The notes under the pieces were generated by a model, which did no database searches, had not been told where the DNA came from, and saw only the letters and a list, made by a program, of their open reading frames with translations. This document shows, one piece after another, positions 25,801 through 40,800 of a DNA stretch of 64,000 nt. Position 1 is the stretch's first letter. The number at the start of each line of letters is the position of its first letter. Both the position numbers and the translations under genes were made by a program. Source of the stretch: Mobula hypostoma (taxonomy: Eukaryota); contig NC_086109.1 of assembly GCF_963921235.1 (NCBI RefSeq), positions 7,318,001-7,382,000 of the forward strand, given 5' to 3'.

Positions 25801-28800
25801 CCTAAACCGTTGAAATCCACGTAGCTATCCAACTGTCTCCTAAACCTGTATAATCCACGTACCTGTCCAACTGTCTCCTAAACCTGCATAATCCACGTAC
25901 CTGTCCAACTGTCTCCTAAACCAGTAAAATCCACGAAGCTGTCCAACTGTCTCCAAAACCTATACAGTCCACGTACCTGTCCAACTGTCTCCTAAACCTT
26001 TATAATCCACGTGTCTGTCCCACTGTCTCCTAAACCAGTATAATCCACGTAGCTGTCCAACTGTCAACTAAACCTGTATAATCCACGTACATGTCCAACT
26101 TTCTCCTAAACCTGTATAATCCACGTGCCTGTCTAACTGTCTCCTAAACCTGTATAATCCACGTGCCTGTCTAACTGTCTCCTAAACCTTTATAATCCAC
26201 GTACATGTCCAACTGTCTCCTAAACCTGTATAATCCACGCACCTGTCCAACTGTCTCCTAAACCAGTATAATCCACGAAGCTGTCCAACTGTCTCCAAAA
26301 CCTTTATAATCCACGTAGCTGTCCAATTGTCTACTAAACCTTTATAATCCACGTACCTGTCCAACTGTCTCCTAAACCTTTATAATCCAAGTGTCTGTCC
26401 AACTGTCTCCTAAACCAGTATAATCCACGTAGCTGTCCAACTGTCTCCTAAACCTGTATAATCCACGTACCTGTCCAACTGTCTCCTAAACCAGTATAAT
26501 CCACGAAGCTGTCCAACTGTCTCCAAAACCTATACAGTCCACGTACGTGTCCAACTGTCTCCTAAACCTTTATAATCCACGTAGCTGTCCAACTGTCTCC
26601 TAAACCTGTATAATCCACGTACATGTCCAACTCTCTCCTAAACCTGTATAATCCACGTGCCTGTCTAACTGTCTCCTAAACCTGTATAATCCACGTGCCT
26701 GTCTAACTGTCTCCTAAACCTTTATAATCCACGTACATGTCCAACTGTCTCCTAAACCTGTATAATCCACGTACCTGTTCAATTGTCTCCTAAACCTTTC
26801 TAATCCACGTGCCTGTCCAACGGTCTCCAAAACCTGTATAATCCACGTACCTGTCCAACTGTCACCTATACCTTTATAATCCACGTACCTGTCCAACTGT
26901 CTCCTAAACCTGTATAATCCACGTACATGTCCAACTGTCTCCAAAACCGGTATAATCCACGTACCTGTCCAACTGTCTCCTAAACCAGTATAATCCACGT
27001 AGCTGTCCAACTGTCTCCTAAACCTTTATAATCCACGTAGCTGTCCAATTGTCTACTAAACCAGTATAATCCACGTACCTGTCCAACTGTCTCCGAAAAC
27101 TTTATAATCCACGAAGCTGTCCAACTGTCTCCTAAACCGTTATAATCCACGTACCTGTCCAACTGTCTCCTAAACCTTTATAATCCACGTACCTGTCCAA
27201 CTGTCTGCTAAACCTTTATAATCCACGTACCTGTCCAACTGTCTCCAAAACCTGTATAATCCACGTACCTGTCCAACTGTCTCCTAAACCTTTATAATCC
27301 ACGAAGCTGTCCAACTGTCTCCTAAACCGTTATAATCCATGAAGCTGTCCAACTGTCTCCTAAACCGTTGAAATCCACGTGCCTGTCCAATTGTCTCCTA
27401 AACCTTTATAATCCACGTACCTGCCCAACTGTCTCCTAAACCTTTATAATCCACGTACCTGTCCAACTGTCTCCTAAACCAGTATAATCCACGAAGCTGT
27501 CCAACTGTCTCCAAAACCTATACAGTCCACGTACCTGTCCAACTGTCTCCTAAACCTTTATAATCCACGTGTCTGTCCAACTGTCTCCTAAACCAGTATA
27601 ATCCACGTAGCTGCCCAACTGTCTCCTAAACCTGTATAATCCACGTACCTGTCCAACTGTCTCCTAAACCTGTATAATCCACGTACATGTCCAACTGTCT
27701 CCTAAACCTGTATAATCCATGTACCTGTCCAACTGTCTCCTAAACCTGTATAATCCACGTGCCTGTCTAACTGTCTCCTAAACCTTTATAATCCACGTAC
27801 ATGTCCAACTGTCTCCTAAACCTGTATAATCCACGTACCTGTCCAACTGTCTCCTAAACCTGTATAATCCACGTGTCTGTCCAACTGTCTCCTAAACCAG
27901 TATAATCCACGTAGCTGTCCAACTGTCTCCTAAACCTGTATAATCCACGTACCTGTCCAACTGTGTCCTAAACCTGTATAATCCACGTGCCTGTCTAACT
28001 GTCTCCTAAACCTTTATAATCCACGTACATGTCCAACTGTCTCCTAAACCTTTATAATCCACGTACCTGTCCAACTGTCTCCTAAACCTGTATAATCCAC
28101 GTGCCTGTCTAACTGTCTCCTAAACCTTTATAATCCACGTACCTGTCCAACTGTCTCCTAAACCTTTATAATCCACGTACCTGTCCAACTGTCTCCTAAA
28201 CCTGTATAATCCACGTACCTGTCCAACTGTCTCCTAAAACTGTATAATCCACGTACATGTCCAACTGTCTCCAAAACCTTTATAATCCACGTGCCTGTCC
28301 AACTGTCTCCTAAACCTGTATAATCCACGTACATGTCCAACTGTCTCCTAAACCTGTATAATCCACGTACCTGTCCAACTGTCTCCTAAACCTGTATAAT
28401 CCACGTACATGTCCAACTGTCTCCTAAACCTGCATAATCCACGTGCCTGTCTAACTGTCTCCTAAACCTTTATAATCCACGTACCTGTCCAACTGTCTCC
28501 TAAACCTGTATAATACACGAAGCTGTCCAACAGTCTACTAAACCTGTATAATCCACGTACCTGTGCAACTGTCTCCTAAACCTTTATAATCCAAGTACCT
28601 GTCCAACTGTCTCCTAAACCTGTATAATCCACGTACCTGTCCAACTGTCTCCGAAACCTGTATAATCCACGAAGCTGTCCAACTGTCTCCTAAACCTTTA
28701 TAATCCACGTACCTGTCCAACTGTCTCCTAAACCTGTATAATCCACATACCTTTCCAACTGTCTCCTAAACCTGTATAATTCACGTACCTGTCCAACTGT

Positions 28801-31800
28801 CTCCTAAACCTGTTTAATCCACATACCTTTCCAACTGTCTCCTAAACCTGTATAATTCATGTACCGGTCGAACTGTCTCCTAAACCTGTATAATCCACGT
28901 ACGTGTCAAACTGTCTCCTAAACCTATGTAATCCGCGTACCTGTCCAACTGTCTCCTAAACCTGTATAATCCACGTACCTGTCCAACTATCTCCTAAACC
29001 AGTATAATCCACGTAGCTGTCCAACTGTCTCCTAAACCTTTATAATCCACGTAGCTGTCCAACTGTCTCCTAAATCTTTATAATCCACGTACCTGTCCAA
29101 CTGTCTCCTAAACCAGTATAATCCACGTAGCTGTCCAACTGTCTCCTAAACCTTTATAATCCACGCAGCTGTCCAATTGTCTACTAAACCTTTATAATCC
29201 ACGTACCTGTCCAACTGTCTCCGAAAACTTTATAATCCACGAAGCTGTCCAACTGTCTCCTAAACCGTTATAATCCACGTACCTGTCCAACTGTCTCCTA
29301 GATCTTTATAATCCACGTACCTGTCCAACTGTCTCCAAAACCTTTATAATCCACGTACCTGTCCAACTGTCTCCTAAACCTTTATAATCCACGTACCTGT
29401 CCAACTGTCTGCTAAACCTTTATAATCCACGTACCTGTCCAACTGTCTCCTAAACCTTTATAATCCACGAAGCTGTCCAACTGTCTCCTAAACCGTTATA
29501 ATCCATGAAGCTGTCCAACTGTCTCCTAAACCGTTGAAATCCACGTAGCTATCCAACTGTCTCCTAAACCTGTATAATCCACGTACATGTCCAACTGCCT
29601 CCTAAACCTGCATAATCCACGTACCTGTCCAACTGTCTCCTAAACCTTTATAATCCATGTACCTGTCCAACTGTCTCCTAAACCTGTATAATCCACGTAC
29701 ATGTCCAACTGTCTCCTAAACCTTTATAATCCACGTGCCTTTCCAACTGTCTCCTAAACCTGTATAATCCACGTACATGTCCAACTGTCTCCTAAACCTT
29801 TATAATCCACGTGCCTGTCCAACGGTCTCCAAAACCTGTATAATCCACGTACCTGTCCAACTGTCTCCTAAACCTGTATAATCCACGTAGCTGTCCAACT
29901 GTCTTCTAAACCTTTATAATCCACGTAGCTGTCCAACTGTCTCCTAAACCTTTATAATCCACGTAGCTGTCCAATTGTCCCCTAAACCTGTATAATCCAC
30001 GTACATGTCCAACTGTCTCCTAAACCTGTATAATCCACGTGCCTGTCTAACTGTCTCCTAAACCTTTATAATCCACGTACCTGTCCAACTGTCTCCTAAA
30101 CCTGTATAATCCACGTACATGTCCAACTGTCTCCTAAACCTTTATAATCCACGTACCTGTCCAACTGTCTCCTAAACCTTTATAATCCACGTACCTGTCC
30201 AACTGTCTCCTAAACCTGTATAATCCACGTGCCTGTCTAACTGTCTCCTAAACCTTTATAATCCACGTACCTGTCCAACTGTCTCCTAAACCTGTATAAT
30301 CCAAGTACCTGTCCAACTGTCTCCTAAACCTGTATAATCCACCTACCTGGCCAACTGTCTCCAAAACTTATACAGTCCACGTACCTGTCCAACTGTCTCC
30401 TAAACCTTTATAATCCACGTACCTGTCCAACTGTCTCCTAAACCTGTATAATCCACGTACCTGTCCAACTGTCTCCTAAACCTTTATAATCCACGTACCT
30501 GTCCAACTGTCTCCTAAACCTTTATAATCCACGAAGCTGTCCAACTGTCTCCTAAACCGTTATAATCCACATACATGTCCAACTGTCTCCTAAATCTGTA
30601 TAATCCACGTAGCTGTCCAACTGTCTACTAAACCTGTATAATCCACGTACCTGTCCAACTGTCTCCTAAACCTTTATAATCCAACTACCTGTCCAACGGT
30701 CTCCTAAACCTGTATAATCCACGTACCTGTCCAACTGTCTCCTAAACCTTTATAATCCAAGAACCTGTCCAACTGTCTTCTAAACCTGTATAATCCACGT
30801 ACGTGTCCAACTGTCTCCTAAACCTGTATAATCCACGTACCTGTCCAACTGTCTCCTAAACCTTTATAATCCACGTGCCTGTCCAACGGTCTCCAAAACC
30901 TGTATAATCCACGTACCTGTCCAACTGTCACCTAAACCTTTATAATCCACGTACCTGTCCAACTGTCTCCTAAACCTGTATAATCCACGTGCCTGTCCAA
31001 CTGTCTCCTAAACCTTTATAATCCACGTGTCTGTCCAACTGTCTCCTAAACCTGTATAATCCACGTACCTGTCCAACTGTCTCCTAAACCTGTATAATCC
31101 ACGTGCCTGTCCAACTGTCTCCCAAACCTTTATAATCCACGTGTCTGTCCAACTGTCTCCTAAACCTTTATAATCCAGGTGTCTGTCCAACTGTCTCCTA
31201 AACCTGTATAATCCACGTACCTGTCCAACTGTCTCCTAAAACTGTATAATCCACGTACATGTCCAACTGTCTCCAAAACCTTTATAATCCACGTGCCTGT
31301 CCAACTGTCTCCTAAACCTGTATAATCCACGTACATGTCCAACTGTCTCCTAAACCTGTATAATCTACGTACCTGTCCAACTGTCTCCTAAACCTGTATA
31401 ATCCACGTACATGTCCAACTGTCTCCTAAACCTGCATAATCCACGTGCCTGTCTAACTGTCTCCTAAACCTTTATAATCCACGTACCTGTCCAACTGTCT
31501 CCTAAACCTGTATAATACACGAAGCTGTCCAACTGTCTACTAAACCTGTATAATCCACGTACCTGTGCAACTGTCTCCTAAACCTTTATAATCCAAGTAC
31601 CTGTCCAACTGTCTCCTAAACCTGTATAATCCACGTACCTGTCCAACTGTCTCCGAAACCTGTATAATCCACGAAGCTGTCCAACTGTCTCCTAAACCTT
31701 TATAATCCACGTACCTGTCCAACTGTCTCCTAAACCTGTATAATCCACATACCTTTCCAACTGTCTCCTAAACCTGTATAATTCACGTACCTGTCCAACT

Positions 31801-34800
31801 GTCTCCTAAACCTGTTTAATCCACATACCTTTCCAACTGTCTCCTAAACCTGTATAATTCATGTACCGGTCGAACTGTCTCCTAAACCTGTATAATCCAC
31901 GTACGTGTCAAACTGTCTCCTAAACCTATGTAATCCGCGTACCTGTCCAACTGTCTCCTAAACCTGTATAATCCACGTACCTGTCCAACTATCTCCTAAA
32001 CCAGTATAATCCACGTAGCTGTCCAACTGTCTCCTAAACCTTTATAATCCACGTAGCTGTCCAACTGTCTCCTAAATCTTTATAATCCACGTACCTGTCC
32101 AACTGTCTCCTAAACCAGTATAATCCACGTAGCTGTCCAACTGTCTCCTAAACCTTTATAATCCACGCAGCTGTCCAATTGTCTACTAAACCTTTATAAT
32201 CCACGTACCTGTCCAACTGTCTCCGAAAACTTTATAATCCACGAAGCTGTCCAACTGTCTCCTAAACCGTTATAATCCACGTACCTGTCCAACTGTCTCC
32301 TAGATCTTTATAATCCACGTACCTGTCCAACTGTCTCCAAAACCTTTATAATCCACGTACCTGTCCAACTGTCTCCTAAACCTTTATAATCCACGTACCT
32401 GTCCAACTGTCTCCTAAACCTGTATAATCCACGTACCTGTCCAACTGTCTCCTAAACCTTTATAATCCACGAAGCTGTCCAACTGTCTCCTAAACCGTTA
32501 TAATCCATGAAGCTGTCCAACTGTCTCCTAAACCGTTGAAATCCACGTAGCTATCCAACTGTCTCCTAAACCTGTATAATCCACGTACATGTCCAACTGC
32601 CTCCTAAACCTGCATAATCCACGTACCTGTCCAACTGTCTCCTAAACCTTTATAATCCATGTACCTGTCCAACTGTCTCCTAAACCTGTATAATCCACGT
32701 ACATGTCCAACTGTCTCCTAAACCTTTATAATCCACGTGCCTTTCCAACTGTCTCCTAAACCTGTATAATCCACGTACATGTCCAACTGTCTCCTAAACC
32801 TTTATAATCCACGTGCCTGTCCAACGGTCTCCAAAACCTGTATAATCCACGTACCTGTCCAACTGTCTCCTAAACCTGTATAATCCACGTAGCTGTCCAA
32901 CTGTCTCCTAAACGTTTATAATCCACGTAGCTGTCCAACTGTCTCCTAAACCTTTATAATCCACGTAGCTGTCCAATTGTCCCCTAAACCTGTATAATCC
33001 ACGTACATGTCCAACTGTCTCCTAAACCTGTATAATCCACGTGCCTGTCTAACTGTCTCCTAAACCTTTATAATCCACGTACCTGTCCAACTGTCTCCTA
33101 AACCTGTATAATCCACGTACCTGTCCAATTGTCTCCTAAACCTTTATAATCCACGTACGTGTCAAACTGTCTCCTAAGCCTATATAATCCGCGTACCTGT
33201 CCAACTGTCTCCTAAACCTGTATAATCCACGAAGCTGTCCAACTGTCTCCTAAACCATTATAATCCACATACCTGTCCAACTGTCTCCTAAACCTGTATA
33301 ATCCACGGAGCTGTCCAACTGTCTACTAAACCTGTATAATCCACGTACCTGTCCAACTGTCTCCTAAACCTTTATAATCCAAGTACCTGTCCAACTGTCT
33401 CCTAAACCTGTATAATCCACGTACCTGTCCAACTGTCTCCTAAACCTGTATAATCCAGAAGCTGTCCAACTGTCTCCTAAACCTGTATAATCCACATACA
33501 TGTCCAACTGTCTACTAAACCTGTTTAATCCACGTACCTTTCCAACTGTCTCCTAAACCTGTTTAATCCACGTACCTTTCCAACGGTCTCCTAAACCTGT
33601 ATAATTCACGTACCTGTCGAACTGTCTCCTAAACCTGTATAATCCACGTGCCTGTCTAATTGTCTCCTAAACCTTTATAATCCACGTACGTGTCAAACTG
33701 TCTCCTAAACCTATAAAATCCGCGTACCTGTCCAACTGTCTCCTAAACCAGTATAATCCACGAAGCTGTCCAACTGTCTCCTAAACCTGTATAATCCACA
33801 TACCTGTCCAACTGTCTCCTAAACCTGTATAATCCACGTAGCTGTCCAACTGTCTACTAAACCTGTATAATCCACGTGTCTGTCCAACTGTCTCCTAAAC
33901 CTGTATAATCCACGTACCTGTCCAACTGTCTCCTAAACCTGTATAATCCACGAAGCTGTCCAACTGTCTCCTAAACCTGTATAATCCACATACATGTCCA
34001 ACTGTCTCCTAAACCTTTATAATCCACGTGCCTGTCCAATTGTCTCCTAAACCTTTATAATCCACGTACGTGTCAAACTGTCTCCTAAACCTATATAATC
34101 CGCGTACCTGTCCAACTGTCTCCTAAACCTGTATAATCCACGTAGCTGTCCAACTGTCTCCTAAACCCGTATAATCCACGTACCTGTCCAACTATCTCCT
34201 AAACCGTTATAATCCACATACCTGTCCAACTGTCTCCTAAACCTGTATAATCCACGTAGCTGTTCAACTGTCTACTAATCCTGTATAATCCAAGTACCTG
34301 TCCAACTGTCTCCTAAACCTGTATAATCCACGAAGCTGTCCAACTGTCTCCTAAATCTGTATAATCCACGTACCTGTCCAACTATCTCCTAAACCGTTAT
34401 AATCCACATACCTGTCCAACTGTCTCCTAAACCTGTATAATCCACGTAGCTGTCCAACTGTCTACTAAACCTGTATAATCCACGTAGCTGTCCAACTGTC
34501 TCCTAAACCTGTATAATCCAAGTACCTGTCCAACTGTCTCCTAAAGCTGTATAATCCACGAAGCTGTCCAACTGTCTCCTAAAACTTTATAATCCACGTA
34601 CCTGTTCAACTGTCTCCTGAACCTTTATAATCCACATGCCTGTCCAACTGTCTCCTAAACCTGTTTAATCCACGTGCCTGTCGAACTGTCTCCTAAACCT
34701 GTATAATCCACGTGCCTGTCCAATTGTCTCCTAAACCTTTATAATCCACGTTCGTGTCAAACTGTCTCCTAAACCTATATAATCCTCGTACCTGTCCAAC

Positions 34801-37800
34801 TGTCTCCTAAACCTGTATAATCCACGAAGCTGTCCAACTGTCTCCTAAACCTGTATAATCCACGTACCTGTCCAACTATCTCCTAAACCTGTATAATCCA
34901 CGAACATGTCCAACTGTCTCCTAAACCTTTATAATCCACGTGCCTTTCCAACTGTCTACTAAACCTGTATAATCCACGTACCTGTCCAACTGTCTCCTAA
35001 ACCTGTATAATCCACGTAGCTGTCCAACTGTCTCCTAAACCTTTATAATCCACGTAGCTGTCCAACTGTCTCCTAAACCTTTATAATCCACGTAGCTGTC
35101 CAATTGTCCCCTAAACCTGTATAATCCACGTACATGTCCAACTGTCTCCTAAACCTGTATAATCCACGTGCCTGTCTAACTGTCTCCTAAACCTGTATAA
35201 TCCACGTACATGTCCAACTGTCTCCTAAACCTGTATAATCCACGTACCTGTCCAATTGTCTCCTAAACCTTTATAATCCACGTACGTGTCAAACTGTCTC
35301 CTAAGCCTATATAATCAGCGTACCTGTCCAACTGTCTCCTAAACCTGTATAATCCACGAAGCTGTCCAACTGTCTCCTAAACCTGTATAATCCAAGTACC
35401 TGTCCAACTGTCTCCTAAAGCTGTATAATCCACGAAGCTGTCCAACTGTCTCCTAAAACTTTATAATCCACGTACCTGTTCAACTGTCTCCTGAACCTTT
35501 ATAATCCACATGCCTGTCCAACTGTCTCCTAAACCTGTTTAATCCACGTGCCTGTCGAACTGTCTCCTAAACCTGTATAATCCACGTGCCTGTCCAATTG
35601 TCTCCTAAACCTTTATAATCCACGTTCGTGTCAAACTGTCTCCTAAACCTATATAATCCTCGTACCTGTCCAACTGTCTCCTAAACCTGTATAATCCACG
35701 AAGCTGTCCAACTGTCTCCTAAACCTGTATAATCCACGTACCTGTCCAACTATCTCCTAAACCTGTATAATCCACGAACATGTCCAACTGTCTCCTAAAC
35801 CTTTATAATCCACGTGCCTTTCCAACTGTCTCCAAAACCTGTATAATCCACGTACCTGTCCAACTGTCTCCTAAACCTGTATAATCCACGTAGCTGTCCA
35901 ACTGTCTCCTAAACCTTTATAATCCACGTAGCTGTCCAACTGTCTCCTAAACCTTTATAATCCACGTAGCTGTCCAATTGTCCCCTAAACCTGTATAATC
36001 CACGTACATGTCCAACTGTCTCCTAAACCTGTATAATCCACGTGCCTGTCTAACTGTCTCCTAAACCTGTATAATCCACGTACATGTCCAACTGTCTCCT
36101 AAACCTGTATAATCCACGTACCTGTCCAATTGTCTCCTAAACCTTTATAATCCACGTACGTGTCAAACTGTCTCCTAAGCCTATATAATCAGCGTACCTG
36201 TCCAACTGTCTCCTAAACCTGTATAATCCACGAAGCTGTCCAACTGTCTCCTAAACCTGTATAATCCAAGTACCTGTCCAACTGTCTCCTAAAGCTGTAT
36301 AATCCACGAAGCTGTCCAACTGTCTCCTAAAACTTTATAATCCACGTACCTGTTCAACTGTCTCCTGAACCTTTATAATCCACATGCCTGTCCAACTGTC
36401 TCCTAAACCTGTTTAATCCACGTGCCTGTCGAACTGTCTCCTAAACCTGTATAATCCACGTGCCTGTCCAATTGTCTCCTAAACCTTTATAATCCACGTT
36501 CGTGTCAAACTGTCTCCTAAACCTATATAATCCTCGTACCTGTCCAACTGTCTCCTAAACCTGTATAATCCACGAAGCTGTCCAACTGTCTCCTAAACCT
36601 GTATAATCCACGTACCTGTCCAACTATCTCCTAAACCTGTATAATCCACGTACATGTCCAACTGTCTCCTAAACCTTTATAATCCACGTGCCTTTCCAAC
36701 TGTCTCCAAAACCTGTATAATCCACGTACCTGTCCAACTGTCTCCTAAACCTGTATAATCCACGTAGCTGTCCAACTATCTCCTAAACCTTTATAATCCA
36801 CGTAGCTGTCCAACTGTCTCCTAAACCTTTATAATCCACGTAGCTGTCCAATTGTCCCCTAAACCTGTATAATCCACGTACATGTCCAACTGTCTCCTAA
36901 ACCTGTATAATCCACGTGCCTGTCTAACTGTCTCCTAAACCTTTATAATCCACGTACCTGTCCAACTGTCTCCTAAACCTGTATAATCCACGTACCTGTC
37001 CAATTGTCTCCTAAACCTTTATAATCCACGTACGTGTCAAACTGTCTCCTAAGCCTATATAATCCGCGTACCTGTCCAACTGTCTCCTAAACCTGTATAA
37101 TCCACGAAGCTGTCCAACTGTCTCCTAAACCGTTATAATCCACATACCTGTCCAACTGTCTCCTAAACCTGTATAATCCACGTAGCTGTCCAACTGTCTA
37201 CTAAACCTGTATAATCCACGTACCTGTCCAACTGTCTCCTAAACCTGTATAATCCAGAAGCTGTCCAACTGTCTCCTAAACCTGTATAATCCACATACAT
37301 GTCCAACTGTCTACTAAACCTGTATAATCCACGTAGCTGTCCAACTGTCTCCTAAACCTGTATAATCCAAATACCTGTCCAACTGTCTCCTAAAGCTGTA
37401 TAATCCACGAAGCTGTCCAACTGTTTCCTAAAACTTTATAATGCACGTACCTGTTCAACTGTCTCCTGAACCTTTATAATCCACGTGCCTGTCCAACTGT
37501 CTCCTAAACCTGTTTAATCCACGTACCTTTCCAACTGTCTCCTAAACCTGTTTAATTCACGTACCTGTCGAACTGTCTCCTAAACCTGTATAATCCACGT
37601 ACCTGTCCAACTGTCTACTAAACCTGTATAATCCACGAAGCTGTCGAACTGTCTCCTAAACCTTTATGATCCACATACATGTCCAACTGTCTCCTAAACC
37701 TTTATAATCCACGTGCCTGTCCAACTGTCTCCTAAACCTGTTTAATCCACGTACCTTTCCAACTGTCTCCTAAACCTGTATAAATCACGTACCTGTCGAA

Positions 37801-40800
37801 CTGTCTCCTAAACCTGTATAATCCACGTGCCTGTCTAATTGTCTCCTAAACCTTTATAATCCACGTACGTGTCAAACTGTCTCCTAAACCTATAAAATCC
37901 GCGTACCTGTCCAACTGTCTCCTAAACCAGTATAATCCACGAAGCTGTCCAACTGTCTCCTAAACCTGTATAATCCACATACCTGTCCAACTGTCTCTTA
38001 AACCTGTATAATCCACGTAGCTGTCCAACTGTCTACTAAACCTGTATAATCCACGTGTCTGTCCAACTGTCTCCTAAACCTGTATAATCCACGTACCTGT
38101 CCAACTGTCTCCTAAACCTGTATAATCCACGAAGCTGTCCAACTGTCTCCTAAACCTGTATAATCCACATACATGTCCAACTGTCTATTAAACCTTTATA
38201 ATCCACGTGCCTGTCCAACTGTCTCCTAAACCTTTATAATCCACGTGCCTGTCCAATTGTCTCCTAAACCTTTATAATCCACGTACGTGTCAAACTGTCT
38301 CCTAAACCTATATAATCCGCGTACCTGTCCAACTGTCTCCTAAACCTGTATAATCCACGTAGCTGTCCAACTGTCTCCTAAACCCGTATAATCCACGTAC
38401 CTGTCCAACTATCTCCTAAACCGTTATAATCCACATACCTGTCCAACTGTCTCCTAAACCTGTATAATCCACGTAGCTGTTCAACTGTCTACTAATCCTG
38501 TATAATCCAAGTACCTGTCCAACTGTCTCCTAAACCTGTATAATCCACGAAGCTGTCCAACTGTCTCCTAAATCTGTATAATCCACGTACCTGTCCAACT
38601 ATCTCCTAAACCGTTATAATCCACATACCTGTCCAACTGTCTCCTAAACCTGTATAATCCACGTAGCTGTCCAACTGTCTCCTAAACCTGTATAATCCAA
38701 GTACCTGTCCAACTGTCTCCTAAAGCTGTATAATCCACGAAGCTGTCCAACTGTCTCCTAAAACTTTATAATCCACGTACCTGTTCAACTGTCTCCTGAA
38801 CCTTTATAATCCACATGCCTGTCCAACTGTCTCCTAAACCTGTTTAATCCACGTGCCTGTCGAACTGTCTCCTAAACCTGTATAATCCACGTGCCTGTCC
38901 AATTGTCTCCTAAAACTTAATAATCCACGTTCGTGTCAAACTGTCTCCTAAACCTATATAATCCTCGTACCTGTCCAACTGTCTCCTAAACCTGTATAAT
39001 CCACGTAGCTGTCCAACTGTCTCCTAAACCTGTATAATCCACGTATCTGGACAACTGTCTCCTAAACCTGTATAATCCACGTAGCTGTCCAACTGTCTCC
39101 TGAACCTTTATAATCCACGTTCGTGTCAAACTGTCTCCTAAACCTATATAATCATCGTACCTGTCCAACTGTCTCCTAAACCTGTTTAATCCACGTGCCT
39201 GTCGAACTGTCTCCTGAACCTGTATAATCCACGTGCCTGTCCAATTGTCTCCTAAACCTTTATAATCCACGTTCGTGTCCAACTGTCTCCCAAAACTTTA
39301 TAATGCACGTACCTGTCCAACTGTCTCCTAAACCTTTATAATCCACGTAGCTGTCCAATTGTCTCCTAAACCTGTATAATCCACGTACCTGTCCAACTGT
39401 CTCCTAAACCTTTATAATCCACATAGCTGTCCAACTGTCTCCTAAACGCTTATAATCCATGGAGCTATCCAACTGTTTCCTAAACCCTTTTTAATCCACG
39501 TACCTGTCCAACTGTCTCCAAAACCTGTATAATCCACGTACCTGTCCAACTGTCTTCTAAACCTTTATAATCCACGTACCTGTCCAACTGTCTCCTAAAC
39601 CTGTATAATCCACGTACCTGTCCAACTGTCTCCTAAACCTGTATAATCCGCGTGACTGTCCAACTGTCTCCTAAACCTGTATAATCCGCGTACCTGTCCA
39701 ACTGTCTTCTAAACCTTTATAATCCACGTACCTGTCCAACTGTCTCCTAAACCTGTATAATCCACGTACCTATCCAACTGTCTCCTAAACCTTTATAATC
39801 CGCGTGACTGTCCAACTGTCTCCTAAACCTGTATAATCCGCGTACCTGTCCAACTGTCTCCTAACACTGTATAATCCACGTAGCTGTCCAACTGTCTCCT
39901 AAACCTTTATAATCCACGTACCAGTCTAACTGTCTCCTAAACCTTTATAATCCACGTACCTGTCCAACTGTCTACAAAACCTGTTTAATCCACGTACCTG
40001 GCCAACTGTATCCTAAACCTTTATAATCTACGTGCCTCTCCAACTGTCTCCTAAACCTTAATAATCCACGCAGCTGTCCAACTGTCTCCTAAACCTGAAT
40101 AATCCACGTACCTGTCCAACTGTCTGCAAAACCTGTTTAATCCACGTACCTGGCCAACTGTATCCTAAACCTTTATAATCCACGTACCTCTCCAACTGTC
40201 TCCTAAACCTTAATAATCCAGGAAGCTGTCCAACTGTCTCCTAAACCTGTATAATCCACGTACCTCTCCAACTGTCTCCTAAACCTTTGTAATCCACGTG
40301 CCTGTCCAATTGTCTCCTAAACCTTTATAATCCACGTACCTGTCCAACTGTTTCCTAAACCTGTATAATCCACGTACCTGTCCAACTGTCTCCTAAACCT
40401 GAATAATCCGCGTGCCTGTCCAACTGTCTCCTAAACCTTTATAATCCACGAAGCTGTCCAACTGTCTCCTAAACCGTTATAATCCACGTAACTGTCCAAC
40501 TGTTCCCTAAACCTTTATAATCCACAAACCTGTCCAACTGTCTCCTAAACCTGTATAATTCGCGTGCCTGTCCAACTGTCTCCTAAACCTGTATAATCCA
40601 CGTACCTGGCCAACTGTCTCCTAAACCTGTATAATCCACGTACCTGGTCAACTGTCTCCTTAACCGTTATAATCCACGTGCCTGTCCAACTGTCTCCTAA
40701 ACCTTTATAATCCACGAAGCTGTCCAACTGTCTCCTAAACCTTTATAATCCACGTGCCTGTCCAACTGTCTCCTAAACCTTTATAATCCACGTACCTGTC